A stretch of 63,812 nt of DNA, filler included. It is 6 parts of 6 records of this genome, joined end to end, with 100 filler letters (N's around TTAATTAATTAA, not from the genome) between each part and the next. Parts side by side here need not be neighbours in the genome. Positions count along the whole stretch, not along the records: positions 1 to 17,117 come from SRR31156797_13322; positions 17,218 to 24,502 come from SRR31156797_13346; 4 more parts are not named here. One strand, 5' to 3'. Position numbers and translations under genes: made by a program. Under the pieces are notes generated by a model. The model was not told the DNA's origin, made no database searches, and saw only the letters and a list, made by a program, of their open reading frames with translations. Shown here one piece after another: positions 9,651 through 20,058 of this stretch (position 1 is the first letter of the stretch; the number at the start of each line of letters is the position of its first letter).

Positions 9651-12068
9651 CTACCTGAGTTTATATTGAGCCACGATCCCCTTGATTTCATCGGCCAGTT
9701 CGTTGAGCCCGGATGCGGCCTGTTCTGCCTGTCGGGTCCCCGCCTCCGTCTGACCGGCGGCCTGGTCGATGCTTTCCATGGCCAAATTGACCTGGTCCAT
9801 TCCGGCCAACTGCTGGCGCGTACTGGCGGAGATCTGCCGGGCCGCTTCGGAGACTTTCTGAATGCGGCTCGAAATGGCTTCAATGGTTTCCCCGGTTGAA
9901 CGCGCCAATTGCTGCCCCGTCTCGGTGCGTTTGGTCCCTTCCTCGGTGACCATGACGGCCGTGTTGGTGGCTTTCTGAATGTCTCCCAGAATTTCCTTCA
10001 CCTGCGCCGTGGCTTGACGGGACTGTTCCGCCAGGCTGCGCACTTCTCCCGCCACCACGGCAAACCCTTTCCCCGCCTCCCCCGCGCGGGCCGCCTCAAT
10101 GGCCGCGTTCAAAGCCAGCAGGTTGGACTGATCCGCGATGTCATTCACCGTGGCGATAATATCCCCGATCTGCTGGGTCTGTTCGCTGAGCGCAAGGATG
10201 GTATCGGCGATATCGGCCACCTGTTCCTTGATATTGTCCATGCTCGTGACCGTTTCTTTCACCGCCTCCAGTCCCCGTGTGGAAGCTTCTTTCGATTCCT
10301 CCGCCATCTTGGATACCAGTTTCACCCGTTCATGGGATTGCTCAGCGGTCTGACGGACTTCCTGTACCGTGGTGCTCGTTTCACTGACCGAGGCGGCCTG
10401 CTGGCTGACGGTGGCGGCCTGCTGGCTGGTGGTGGCAAGGATTTCACTGACGGCCGAGGAGATATTGGCGGTGGCCTCCTGCATGCGCGTGGCCAGATTG
10501 CAAAGCCCGGCTGTCATGGCGTTGAGGTTCCTGCCCAGTATGTTCAGATCATCCTCACCGGTGACCGACAGCTTGCCGGTTAAATCACCCCTGCCCACTT
10601 TTTCAACAAAAGCCACATAATCGCTGATCGTGTTTTCAAGCTCGCCCTTGGCTTTTCGCTCCCCTTTGGCTTTCTCTTCCAGATTCGTCATTATCTGCTG
10701 CATATTGTCCACCATGGTGTTGAAATCACGGGCTAAAGCCCCGATCTCATCGTTCCGCTTGTCGTCGGTTGCCCGCCGGGCCAGGTTCCCTTTCGCCACC
10801 TGCCGGGTCAGCGCCACCAGTCTTCCGATCGGCCGCGTGATTGAAAGAGAAAAGAAGAAGGCCAAAACCGCCGCAAGCACAATGCCGAATATGCCGATTC
10901 CGAGAGCCAGGGACGAATCGTTGCGGGTGGTTTGATTCACGGCCTTCCTTCTTCCCTCCGCGGCCGCCGTGGCCTTTTGGACAATCTGTTGGCATTTGGA
11001 TAAGACCGCCGCTTCCGATGCTTCCATGTTCTCTATCAGGTTGGCGATATCCCGGTCTTTCGCAACAAGGGCGTCAAACGCCGTCCTGTAGGCTTCGATG
11101 TCTTTTTTCATGGCCGAGGCGTGTTCCTCTGAAAGGGATGAAGTGTTCAGAGCCTCCAGGAGCTTTCCCATGGCTGTATGGGTATCCATAACGGTGTGCC
11201 CACGCTTTGTGAGAAGATAGTTCTTTTCGTGCCTCCGAACTCCCAGGATGAGTTCGCCCGCCCTCGGGACATATACCCCGGACAGTATCCGTTCCATGGC
11301 AAGGGCGCGCATGCGCAGACTTCGGTAGACCATTTTTTCGGAACGTCTCTTTTTTCCGGTCTCCGTTCCATTTTCCAAAGCGAAAAGTTCCTGAAGAAAA
11401 TTCTTGTACTTTCTCAAATTCTCTCCCAACGATGCCTTCGCCTTTTCCTCGCACCCGGTCTCTTCCAGCAAATCTGAAAATTCCTTCAGACTTAGAAGGA
11501 GATACTCCCGGGCCTTGGCACTCTTGCTGTTGATAAACTCCTTTTCGTACCCCCGAACCTGAAGCAAGGAAATGAACAAGTCCTCCACCTGGAATTTTCT
11601 CATTGTTTCGCCAAGCTTCAGAACAATTCGGGTGAAATCCCCCTGCAGACCTGATGCTTCATCCAGTCCCCGGATTTCCCAAGCCTTTTTCACGGCCATA
11701 CTGAAATTGAGGAATTCATCGGCCAATGTATCTATTTCACCGGCACCCTCCACCTCGTCCGGTAATCCGGCATCCCGGGCCAGGCGCTTGATGGCGCCGG
11801 TCTCTTGTTTAATCCGGTAAACGATTCCGGACTGGTCCTCGGTAGCGCTTTCTTTCAGATTTAGAAGAAAATGCTTTTCGTTCACCAGCGCCTCGGTCAT
11901 AAGGCCCCTGATTCTGTCGGCATGCTCTTTGAGCCGGATTTCGGTGGATAGGAGAGCTTGATATCCTTTGGTGACCGACAGAATGGAAAAATGGTACACA
12001 CCCATCACTACCGCGAAAATCAGAATTACGACCCCGATTATGGCGCCCTGTTTAAATCGTAGAGACAT
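9651..12068 (-). CDS. Methyl-accepting chemotaxis protein with large helical periplasmic sensor and HAMP
   Basis: Two TM segments, HAMP ([11 protein letters not shown]), signalling hairpin [27 protein letters not shown]. Confidence 0.95.
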   Translation of the reverse strand: MSLRFKQGAIIGVVILIFAVVMGVYHFSILSVTKGYQALLSTEIRLKEHADRIRGLMTEALVNEKHFLLNLKESATEDQSGIVYRIKQETGAIKRLARDAGLPDEVEGAGEIDTLADEFLNFSMAVKKAWEIRGLDEASGLQGDFTRIVLKLGETMRKFQVEDLFISLLQVRGYEKEFINSKSAKAREYLLLSLKEFSDLLEETGCEEKAKASLGENLRKYKNFLQELFALENGTETGKKRRSEKMVYRSLRMRALAMERILSGVYVPRAGELILGVRRHEKNYLLTKRGHTVMDTHTAMGKLLEALNTSSLSEEHASAMKKDIEAYRTAFDALVAKDRDIANLIENMEASEAAVLSKCQQIVQKATAAAEGRRKAVNQTTRNDSSLALGIGIFGIVLAAVLAFFFSLSITRPIGRLVALTRQVAKGNLARRATDDKRNDEIGALARDFNTMVDNMQQIMTNLEEKAKGERKAKGELENTISDYVAFVEKVGRGDLTGKLSVTGEDDLNILGRNLNAMTAGLCNLATRMQEATANISSAVSEILATTSQQAATVSQQAASVSETSTTVQEVRQTAEQSHERVKLVSKMAEESKEASTRGLEAVKETVTSMDNIKEQVADIADTILALSEQTQQIGDIIATVNDIADQSNLLALNAAIEAARAGEAGKGFAVVAGEVRSLAEQSRQATAQVKEILGDIQKATNTAVMVTEEGTKRTETGQQLARSTGETIEAISSRIQKVSEAARQISASTRQQLAGMDQVNLAMESIDQAAGQTEAGTRQAEQAASGLNELADEIKGIVAQYKLR

Positions 12069-12143
12069 TTTATTCCCTTGAAGCAGCTGAGTATTTCCGA
12101 TTGATTAATAATGGGTGGTTTTCAGAACCCATCAACATTTGCC

Positions 12144-13385
12144 CTACTTTTTGATGTATTGGCTGAAAGGTTCCGGTTCCACCAGGCCTTCCGTTTCCCA
12201 AATGATGTCAAACTGCCCGTCTGACCGGATCTCACCCACATAGACCGGTTTATGGGTGTGGTGGTTTTTTGAATGTATCTTCTTTCTCCCTCCGGGGGCA
12301 TCAAATTCCATTCCCATGATGGCGGGAATGACTCTGTTTACCTCAAAGGACCCCGCCTTTTCACATGCCTTTTTCCATACATAAACCCCGAAATAGGCCG
12401 CCTCAATGGGGTCGTCGGTCACCCGGCCATTTCCGCCGGGAAACCCTTTTTCCCGGCAGTATTTCTTGAAATTTGTTACGAATTTCTTGTTTTCGGGCGT
12501 GTCCAGCGACTGAAAATAGTTCCATGCACAGAGGTGCATCACCAGGTTTCGGGTGTCCATATTGCGCAGTTCATCCTCGGCTATGGAAAAGGCCATGATG
12601 GGGCATTCATCGGCCCTTATACCCTTTTTTTCAAACTGATCATAAAAGTAGACATTGGTATTTCCGTTGAGGGTTGAAAGCACGCACGCCTCCCCATTTT
12701 CTGCAAAATTCTCAATCCTATCAATGACCGCCCCGTAATCCTTATGTTCAAATGGGTAGTACTCCTCTTTGATATCCTCCTCCGGAATTCCCTTGGCGAG
12801 CAGAAAGCGCTTCAGTATTTTGTTGGCCGTGCGGGGAAAAACGTAATCCGTACCCAACATAAAGAATTTTTTCCGGTTCCCGCCATCATCGGACATGAGG
12901 AATTCGACGGCGGGAATCAGTTGCTGGTTCGGTGTGGCGCCCGTATAAATGATATTGGGGCTCATCTCCTGCCCCTCGTATTGAACCGGATAAAACAGGA
13001 GCCCGTTTTCTTTTTCAAATATGGGAAGGACCCTCTTGCGACTGATGGAGGTCCAGCAACCGAAAACCACCGGGACCTTCTCCTTCACCAGAAGTTCCTC
13101 GGCCTTCTCGGCAAAGAGATCCCAGTCCGACGCGGGATCCACGACCACCGGTTGAATCTTCTTCCCCAAAACCCCGCCCTGCGCGTTAATTTCATCAACG
13201 GCCATCAGGACCGCGTCACGGAGCGACGTCTCGGAAATGGCCATGGTCCCCGTTAGTGAATGGAGGATCCCTATCTTCACCATGTCTTCCGTTTCCGAGG
13301 CTCGGCATACCCGGTTGAAGGGGATGCCCAATGTTAAGAAAATAAGTAAAATCGCAACAACAATCCCTCTTCCTTTTCCGATCAT
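12144..13385 (-). CDS. urtA: Urea/short-amide ABC-type substrate-binding protein (UrtA/FmdD family)
   Basis: Signal peptide, LHSLTGTMAISE, FGCWTS.SRK, YPVQYEG, GTDYVFPR, AWNYFQS, DDPIEA. Confidence 0.88.
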   Translation of the reverse strand: MIGKGRGIVVAILLIFLTLGIPFNRVCRASETEDMVKIGILHSLTGTMAISETSLRDAVLMAVDEINAQGGVLGKKIQPVVVDPASDWDLFAEKAEELLVKEKVPVVFGCWTSISRKRVLPIFEKENGLLFYPVQYEGQEMSPNIIYTGATPNQQLIPAVEFLMSDDGGNRKKFFMLGTDYVFPRTANKILKRFLLAKGIPEEDIKEEYYPFEHKDYGAVIDRIENFAENGEACVLSTLNGNTNVYFYDQFEKKGIRADECPIMAFSIAEDELRNMDTRNLVMHLCAWNYFQSLDTPENKKFVTNFKKYCREKGFPGGNGRVTDDPIEAAYFGVYVWKKACEKAGSFEVNRVIPAIMGMEFDAPGGRKKIHSKNHHTHKPVYVGEIRSDGQFDIIWETEGLVEPEPFSQYIKK

Positions 13386-13568
13386 CTGGTAACTCCTTTG
13401 AAATGCCGGGTCGGTTTATACCGGCCCACAATCGCTTTGATCCCTTCCCCGTTGTCGGGATCTTTTAACATTTTCTTATGGCCCATATACGGTTTGTCTC
13501 ATAAAACGTGGGGTTCATCAATCCTCAAAAACCAATGGGCCTCAGAATCCCCCGGCACAATTTAAGGA

Positions 13569-15962
13569 TCATATCAAGCGTTCTATGGTTTCCAGCAGTT
13601 CTTGCTGATCAAAACCCCCTTTGGTGATATAGACGTCGGCCCCCGCCTCCATCCCTTTCAGCTTGTCCTCGGAGGATTCCAATGATGTCACCAGAACAAT
13701 GGGAAGATGCTCGAAACGATTGTCCTGCCTTACTTTTTCGGTCAGCTGAAAGCCGTCCATTCGCGGCATTTCAATGTCAAGCACCACCGCATCAAAGGAT
13801 TCCGTCTGCATCTTTTCCCACCCTTCCATACCATCCGCCGCCTGGGAAACCCGGTACCCCGCATTTTCCAGAATATTCCGCTCCAGGGTCCGGGTGGTTA
13901 TGGAATCATCCACCACCAGGACTTTTTTGACGACCCTTTCCCCTACCCGTATTTTCCTTAAGAGGGAACTCCCCCGCAACCCCTGGGCTGAATAGATAAT
14001 ACTCCCCGCATTGAGAATCATGACCACCTGGCCGGTACCCAGGATGGTGGCTCCGGAAATATTCCGCACCCGCTGAAGCTGTGGCCCCAGGTTTTTGATC
14101 ACCACCTCCTGGACCCCCAGAAATGCATCGACCTGAAACGCCAGTCTTTTTTCCACCGCCCCCAGGACCACCACCCCGATTTTTTTCTCGTCATTTCCGT
14201 TCATCTCCCCAATGGGCAACTCCAGAATCTCCGCCATTGAAATCAGCGGCAAGGCCCGGCCATCAATGGGGACGGCTGGTTTCCCTTCCATGCGCCGGAT
14301 CTCTTCCGGTTTGAACTGCAAAATTCGTTCAACGGTGGTGTTGGGAACCGCAACAATCTGATCCGCCACCTTCAGCATCAAGACTTGACTGGTGGCCAGG
14401 GTCAGGGGGAGGATGAGGGTAAAGGCGGTCCCCTTGTCCGTTTCGGTCCGCGTCTTTATCTGGCCATGGAGCCTTTCAAGCTGTTCTCTCACCACGTCCA
14501 TGCCCACCCCTCGGCCGGAGAGATCCGTGACCGTCACGTGGGTGGAGAGCCCCGACTGAAACACCAGGTCAACGGTCTCTTGGGGACCGAGGTTTTCCGC
14601 ATCCATGGGTGTGATAAGATTGTTGATTACCGCGGCCCGGCGCACCGCCGCCAGATTAATGCCAGCACCGTCATCGATCACCTCCAGAACAATATGGTTC
14701 CCGCTCTGGGAGGCTTCAAGCTGAATGGTTCCCTCTCTCTCTTTCCCCTTTTTTAAGCGCTGATCCGGTGCTTCTATGCCGTGGTCAATGGCATTTCTGA
14801 GCAAATGGGTCAACGGATCCTTCAGGCCTTCCAGAACCTGGCGGTCAATTTCGGTCTCGGCGCCCTGTAGAACCAACTGCACTTCTTTTCCATTCTCCCG
14901 ACCGATATCGCGGATCATTCGCGGGAAGAGATCAAAGAGTGTGGAGATCGGCACCATGCGAACGCGCCGCACCCCGTCCTGCATGTCATCGGTCAAAAGC
15001 GCCAGATGACGGTAGTCGCTCTCCACCGACTCGGAGATGCGGTTGATGGTTCGGCCCACGTTGATAATATGGTTTTCATTGATGGAAAAAAAATCGAAAA
15101 GCGATGAGAGTTCCGGATCTCCTTCCATGCGCCTTTCCACGGCCCGTTTCCGGGGCCGGGACTTGCGCCATGTTTTTTCCCAGCCTCCCAGTACCGCCTG
15201 CACGGATTTCAATTCTCCAAGGCGCTCTTCCATCCGCATTCGCGCCACCAGCAGTTCACCCATTCCCGCCATTAAAACGTCCAGCTTCTCCGTCTTGACA
15301 CGAATGGTATCGCCGGCCATATGGCCCGGAAAAACCTTCTGCGGTTTTGTGCTTTCATCTTGAAATGACGTCCCGGCTTTTTCCCCGGGTTCGCATTCCA
15401 TTGAAGGGGCGTTCTCTTGCACAACGTCACCATAAGGGATTTTAATTGATCCTTCTTTTTCAATTTCCCTTGATGCCGACTCCGTTTCAACCGGTTTCGG
15501 TTTTTCATCCGAAGTAACGGGCGCAGGCGCCCTGGCCGGGTCCTTTTCGTCGGTCAACTCTTCACGCAATGCCTCATCCAGTTCTTTCATGACCGTTTTT
15601 TTCATCTCAAAGGAAAGCCCGGCCCCCTCCAGGTGCAGGCGCATGGTTTCCGTAAGAAGATCGGTGGCGCGAAGCAACCGGTCCACCAACTGGGTGGAGG
15701 AATGCAATTCTCCTTTTTTGAGTGCCCCCAGAACGTCTTCCATCTTGTGGGCCACCGTACTGATATCCTTCATTTCCACGGCCCGGGCAGAACCCTTGAT
15801 GCTGTGTGCCGACCGGAACAGGGCCTTCAGCAACTCATCCTTTTCATTTGCCGGAAGCTCCTTTTCCAGTTCCAGAAGTCCCTTGTTTAACGCCGCTACG
15901 TGTTCTTCCAATTCCACCCTGAAGGTTGCCATCAGTTGACGCTGAAGTTCTTCCCGATCCAT
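13569..15962 (-). CDS. cheA: Hybrid chemotaxis histidine kinase CheA with C-terminal receiver
   Basis: HPt FRSAHSIKG, HLLRNAIDHGIE, DDGAG, SGRGVGMDVV, CheW domain, REC (VDDS...LDIEMP); start ATG 15962 after GGGAG. Confidence 0.95.
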   Translation of the reverse strand: MDREELQRQLMATFRVELEEHVAALNKGLLELEKELPANEKDELLKALFRSAHSIKGSARAVEMKDISTVAHKMEDVLGALKKGELHSSTQLVDRLLRATDLLTETMRLHLEGAGLSFEMKKTVMKELDEALREELTDEKDPARAPAPVTSDEKPKPVETESASREIEKEGSIKIPYGDVVQENAPSMECEPGEKAGTSFQDESTKPQKVFPGHMAGDTIRVKTEKLDVLMAGMGELLVARMRMEERLGELKSVQAVLGGWEKTWRKSRPRKRAVERRMEGDPELSSLFDFFSINENHIINVGRTINRISESVESDYRHLALLTDDMQDGVRRVRMVPISTLFDLFPRMIRDIGRENGKEVQLVLQGAETEIDRQVLEGLKDPLTHLLRNAIDHGIEAPDQRLKKGKEREGTIQLEASQSGNHIVLEVIDDGAGINLAAVRRAAVINNLITPMDAENLGPQETVDLVFQSGLSTHVTVTDLSGRGVGMDVVREQLERLHGQIKTRTETDKGTAFTLILPLTLATSQVLMLKVADQIVAVPNTTVERILQFKPEEIRRMEGKPAVPIDGRALPLISMAEILELPIGEMNGNDEKKIGVVVLGAVEKRLAFQVDAFLGVQEVVIKNLGPQLQRVRNISGATILGTGQVVMILNAGSIIYSAQGLRGSSLLRKIRVGERVVKKVLVVDDSITTRTLERNILENAGYRVSQAADGMEGWEKMQTESFDAVVLDIEMPRMDGFQLTEKVRQDNRFEHLPIVLVTSLESSEDKLKGMEAGADVYITKGGFDQQELLETIERLI

Positions 15963-16044
15963 TTTTTCTCCCGTTAAATTGGAGCCCTGATTAAGGCGAT
16001 ACCGCTTCACAATTAAAAAGAGAGCCGATTCCGATGGCCTGCTC

Positions 16045-16605
16045 TCAAAATGATCGGGCCGCTTCCGTCTGGCCCATGTTGGCATGGATTCGTCCGTATT
16101 CTTCAAATTCAATGAGCGCTCCGGTGTCGATCTCATCGGCTTCCAGCACCAGGTACACCTCATCGTTGTTCCGAATCACCGCGTTTAGCAGCGGGGACTC
16201 CTTCAATGTGCCCTCCGGTTTTGCCAAATGATTCCCGGAGACCTCCAGCACCTCTTCCACCGTTTCGGCGATGACGCCCAGCCGTCGGTTCTCTATTTGC
16301 AACACCAGTATCCGATGATCCGGATGAGCCGCTTTTTGTGACAGGCCCAGCCTTTTTCTCAGACTGATGACCGGCATCACCGTACCATGCAGGTTGAGAA
16401 GGCCTGAAATCCATTCCGGCGCTTCGGGTACCGGGACCAATGCCGCCATGCGGATGACGCCCTCGACTTTCTCAAGAGGAAGGGCCAACTGCTGATCGCC
16501 GATGCGAAATGTGAGGAAATGCTCACCCATTCCCGTTGAAACCAGGTTTTGGGTTTCCCCCAAGACCGGTTTTTCAACGGCCAACGCGTTTAGGGGTCCC
16601 ATCAT
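16045..16605 (-). CDS. cheW: Chemotaxis adaptor CheW
   Basis: VPEAPEWISGLLNLHGTVMPVISLR; between MCP and cheA. Confidence 0.92.
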   Translation of the reverse strand: MMGPLNALAVEKPVLGETQNLVSTGMGEHFLTFRIGDQQLALPLEKVEGVIRMAALVPVPEAPEWISGLLNLHGTVMPVISLRKRLGLSQKAAHPDHRILVLQIENRRLGVIAETVEEVLEVSGNHLAKPEGTLKESPLLNAVIRNNDEVYLVLEADEIDTGALIEFEEYGRIHANMGQTEAARSF

Positions 16606-16665
16606 TTATTTTACCTCATTTTACCCTACACTTATAAAACTTCTTCAACCCGGAAGATATTGTAA

Positions 16666-17117
16666 TCAAGCAACCGTATATTGCTCAACAACACGTCTGA
16701 ACTGTTCGGCCTGGGAGTTGAGATCATGAACCGCTTCTTCCACCTGCCGCGTCCCCGCTTCGCTCTGGGTTGTGGCCTGACCGATGCTCTCCATGGCGGC
16801 ACCAATCTGGTCCATCCCAGCCAATTGCTCTTGAGCGCTGACCGCGATCTGCTGAATCGTCAGGGTCACACCCTGAATCCCTTTATTGATGCTTTCAATG
16901 GCCTTGCCCGCCTTCTCGGCCTGCAGCACCCCGGTGTCCGCACGTTTTGTCCCCTCTTCCGTTACCATTACCGCCGTGTTGGTTGCCTTTTGAATCTCTT
17001 CAAGGATTTCCTGAACCCTGGCGGTGGCCTCCCTCGACTGCACCGCCAGACTCCGCACCTCCCCGGCCACCACGGCAAATCCTTTGCCCGCCTCTCCGGC
17101 CCGGGCCGCCTCAATGG
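16666..17117 (-). CDS. Methyl-accepting chemotaxis protein, C-terminal part (5' end lost at contig edge)
   Basis: [24 protein letters not shown] running to the linker. Confidence 0.92.
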
Positions 17118-17217
17118 NNNNNNNNNNNNNNNNNNNNNNNNNNNNNNNNNNNNNNNNNNNNTTAATTAATTAANNNNNNNNNNNNNNNNNNNNNNNNNNN
17201 NNNNNNNNNNNNNNNNN
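17118..17217. other. Artificial contig linker N44-TTAATTAATTAA-N44
   Basis: 100 nt, stops in all six frames, identical at five places. Confidence 0.98.
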
Positions 17218-17227
17218 CGGCGCTTTC

Positions 17228-17238
17228 GGTCCGACCCC
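17228..17238 (-). repeat. GGGGTCGGACC motif; probable arm of a GGGG-type inverted repeat cut by the contig edge
   Basis: Resembles GGGGACAGACC at 24283-24293. Confidence 0.45.
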
Positions 17239-17514
17239 AGGCCCTACTTAACCCAGGGCTGTGTTGATAGCTGTAATTTTGGAAGGCTGGTGATTATCTC
17301 AATTTATGTCAACCATGACCTGCGCTGAGAAATTGACTCAATCTCAGCGTTTGTCCAAGCCCTCTGAAATTATGATATCAAAGCTCTTTCGATTTTTACG
17401 GTCACACCTAATTTTTTTGTTTCCTGCTATCTTTCGAGCAGGTATGAATGTGTGCGACCCCTTTATCTCCCTCAATTTTACTAACCACCAACCATCCCAA
17501 ATATGGCGAATACC

Positions 17515-19572
17515 TCATGGTATCTCAATGGCACCAATATCTGCCGAATCATTGGCCGGCCTTTGATTTCCAAGCTGATCAACCCGTTGTGTATTAACGC
17601 TCAAAATTACAGAGGGTATCGTAATTATTTCAATATCTGAATTTTCAGTAAGGGGACCTGGTGAAAAAAGATCATTCCATACATCATCAGAGATCCTTTC
17701 AGCGCCCATCCCCTCCATATTTTCTGCATCTAGAGCACTATCAAGACGATGCCAGAATTCAATATATGGATAATTTGAAAGCTCTTTTGGCCAGGTACTA
17801 TATGGACCAAACCACTGTGTATCTGCCAGTGTTAATATGGGATTGTCTTCAGGATCTGTATATGGCTGGTTCCCCGGAGTATCATCATCAAGATCCACAA
17901 TGCGCAAAAAAGACTCAAAATCAGAAGTAAAATCAGCAGCAAAACCTGTAAGGGAATAATAATCTTCAAGTCGATGAAGAAAAATCTCCAGAAAATTATT
18001 TGTAACGCTATCATCAATACGGTATTCCATATACGTACCCGTAGTATGGTGGGCTCCCATTGGAATCTGATCAAGGGTGCTCCCCTGTGGATCGTAATAA
18101 AGAATCGCCGGATTGCCGGTATCCGCTCCTGCGGAAATAATATCACTTGATCTGGTAATTCCATTGGAAAGATTCAAAATATCCGATATCTTAATACCAT
18201 CAACATCACCGTACTTAGGATAAAATTTCCTATTAAGTGACCGCCACTTCTCCTCTCCAACAGGGACTAGAATTTGATCAAAATCAATAACTCCAATCCG
18301 ATTGTACCCCATACTTTTGAAATAAAATATCGACCCTGTAAAGATGTCATTATCGTAAATCGTGCCACCAAACTCATGAACCGTGTTTCCAGCAATAATA
18401 GAATGCCCGATAATCATGTCTTCAACAGCATGGGCATTACCAATAGTTGCAGCAATACCACCTGCGAGGTTCTTTTTACCCAGATCATCAGTTCTCGCCA
18501 CACCATGGACCTGGTTCTCAACAATAGTGCAGCTTTGTATGAACACCGAGCCATTCGACATATACACTCCGCCTCCCCTCCAATAACCAAAAGGGATAGG
18601 ATAAGGAAAATCAACCAGATTATCAGCTATTGTTGAGTTAATTACTTCCAGGGTATTAGAGTTTCCAATGCCTCCCCCATCTGAATATACTCCGCCTCCA
18701 TATGCAAGTAGTCCGGTAATACGATTCCCTGTAATTGATGATTGGACAATGGTAGAAGTCGTTTCACGGGTATCAACGCCACCAATTGAAAAAACACCGC
18801 CGCCGGCAGCACCGCCGCCATAGACAGCGTTACCACTAACGATGCAATTCTCCATTTCAACAATATCAGCGTAAATACCACCACCAAAGGCCCCTCGATC
18901 TCTAGATGAACCAAAATCACCTTCGCAGTAATTATCGTATATCCTGCAGTCTTTGAACCGCGCTTTGCCCCATACAGCTACAGCGCCACCTCTTGCAAGG
19001 GTCCAGGGTTGTTCATCAGGGTCGCCTGTTGAAATATCTTCGGCAATACTCTTCCCCCCAGTAATAGAAACATTAATCATTGTCAGGTTACCATATACTG
19101 CCAGGACTCTAGCAGGATTGGTATTCCCTCCTGTCCATTCGATTGTGATTCCTAAAGGAAGGTTGGATGCGTCGATAAAAACATTTTTCTCCGCATAGAG
19201 TGCTGATTTACCATAGTCACGTTTGAAGTAACCAACAAGGTAGGAAACCGGCCCGCTAGGCTCATCTCTCATACCCATGACTTCGCCCTTTAGCATTGTA
19301 TGTTCGTCCCCTATAATAGACAGCTTAATCGTACCTCCGTTAAGACTCTCATCAAAAATAATCCTCTGACCACTGGTTGCCGATGACAAGGCAGATCGGA
19401 GTGTAATCGTATCTGTGGACGGATTTGATATATCTTCAAGGCTATTAACAGTGACAGTGGTCGAGTCCAGGGGAGGCGGAGATGAAGTGGAGTTACTGGA
19501 AGAACACGCTTGTATTAAAAAAGCTGAAATAAGAGAAAGAAGTTTTATAAATCTAAAAATATTTTGAGTCAT
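17515..19572 (-). CDS. Lipoprotein with CSLREA-like N-terminus, Gly-rich beta-helix repeats and choice-of-anchor-Q-like C-terminus
   Basis: Lipobox IQAC; TVTVNSLED...TLRSA; repeated GGG(I/V)Y; C-terminal DQLGNQRP...DIGAIE. Confidence 0.75.
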   Translation of the reverse strand: MTQNIFRFIKLLSLISAFLIQACSSSNSTSSPPPLDSTTVTVNSLEDISNPSTDTITLRSALSSATSGQRIIFDESLNGGTIKLSIIGDEHTMLKGEVMGMRDEPSGPVSYLVGYFKRDYGKSALYAEKNVFIDASNLPLGITIEWTGGNTNPARVLAVYGNLTMINVSITGGKSIAEDISTGDPDEQPWTLARGGAVAVWGKARFKDCRIYDNYCEGDFGSSRDRGAFGGGIYADIVEMENCIVSGNAVYGGGAAGGGVFSIGGVDTRETTSTIVQSSITGNRITGLLAYGGGVYSDGGGIGNSNTLEVINSTIADNLVDFPYPIPFGYWRGGGVYMSNGSVFIQSCTIVENQVHGVARTDDLGKKNLAGGIAATIGNAHAVEDMIIGHSIIAGNTVHEFGGTIYDNDIFTGSIFYFKSMGYNRIGVIDFDQILVPVGEEKWRSLNRKFYPKYGDVDGIKISDILNLSNGITRSSDIISAGADTGNPAILYYDPQGSTLDQIPMGAHHTTGTYMEYRIDDSVTNNFLEIFLHRLEDYYSLTGFAADFTSDFESFLRIVDLDDDTPGNQPYTDPEDNPILTLADTQWFGPYSTWPKELSNYPYIEFWHRLDSALDAENMEGMGAERISDDVWNDLFSPGPLTENSDIEIITIPSVILSVNTQRVDQLGNQRPANDSADIGAIEIP

Positions 19573-20058
19573 AGTTGAATTGCCTCGTTACTTCTCAGCC
19601 CCGATACCCAGAGCCCCTTCATGGCATCCGGGCCGATTGATTCACTGTTGAATGAATCTGGCTTCTTGCTGTTCTTGAAACCGGCTCATGCAAAAACATA
19701 CGGGTGTTGCCGAATGTGTCTATCCGTCTATATAATAGCAATACACCTCAAAATGGAAAAACGTCACAATTTTTTCTGCCCCGGTAATTACAAGGTCGAT
19801 TCACGATGCGTAAACGCAAATCCAAATGAATTCTATCTCATTTTTTTGGTCTTGACTTTTTTGTGTTTTTTAAGGGATATGAAAGATACTCCCCTTCAGA
19901 TGAAGTTTCAAAATAAATCATTTGCGATATGAGAACAATAAGTTCCAACAACCTAGCGACCAAGGCTTATCGAGCCATTATGGATACTGGGATAAACACG
20001 TTTTCAAGTAGGCCGAATGCTATTTTAATATTCTTTTAAAATCAAGGAGGACTTCAAG

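Noticed and set aside
8307-15939. Many 60-224 aa plus-strand ORFs opposite the DGC, MCP, urtA and cheA genes
   Set aside because: Antisense shadows of GC-rich genes with no recognisable motifs.
15963-16163. 67-aa N-terminal extension of CheA in the ORF track
   Set aside because: Overlaps cheW; a better ATG with an SD lies at 15962.
16681-17169. ORFs in the track that run into X residues (also 24301-24558 and the X-tails of 24547, 32839, 37351, 37956, 51845)
   Set aside because: They read into artificial linkers; real genes were trimmed to contig edges.
17162-17173. TTAATTAATTAA palindrome repeated five times
   Set aside because: Synthetic six-frame stop linker, not a biological repeat.
17257-17270. 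IS-like end GGCTGTGTTGATAG as an insertion sequence
   Set aside because: No transposase, matching end or target duplication is visible; kept only as a possible scar.
19621-19932. 103-aa ORF between the two lipoprotein genes
   Set aside because: No SD or motifs; lies in a divergent promoter region. No riboswitch recognised there either.
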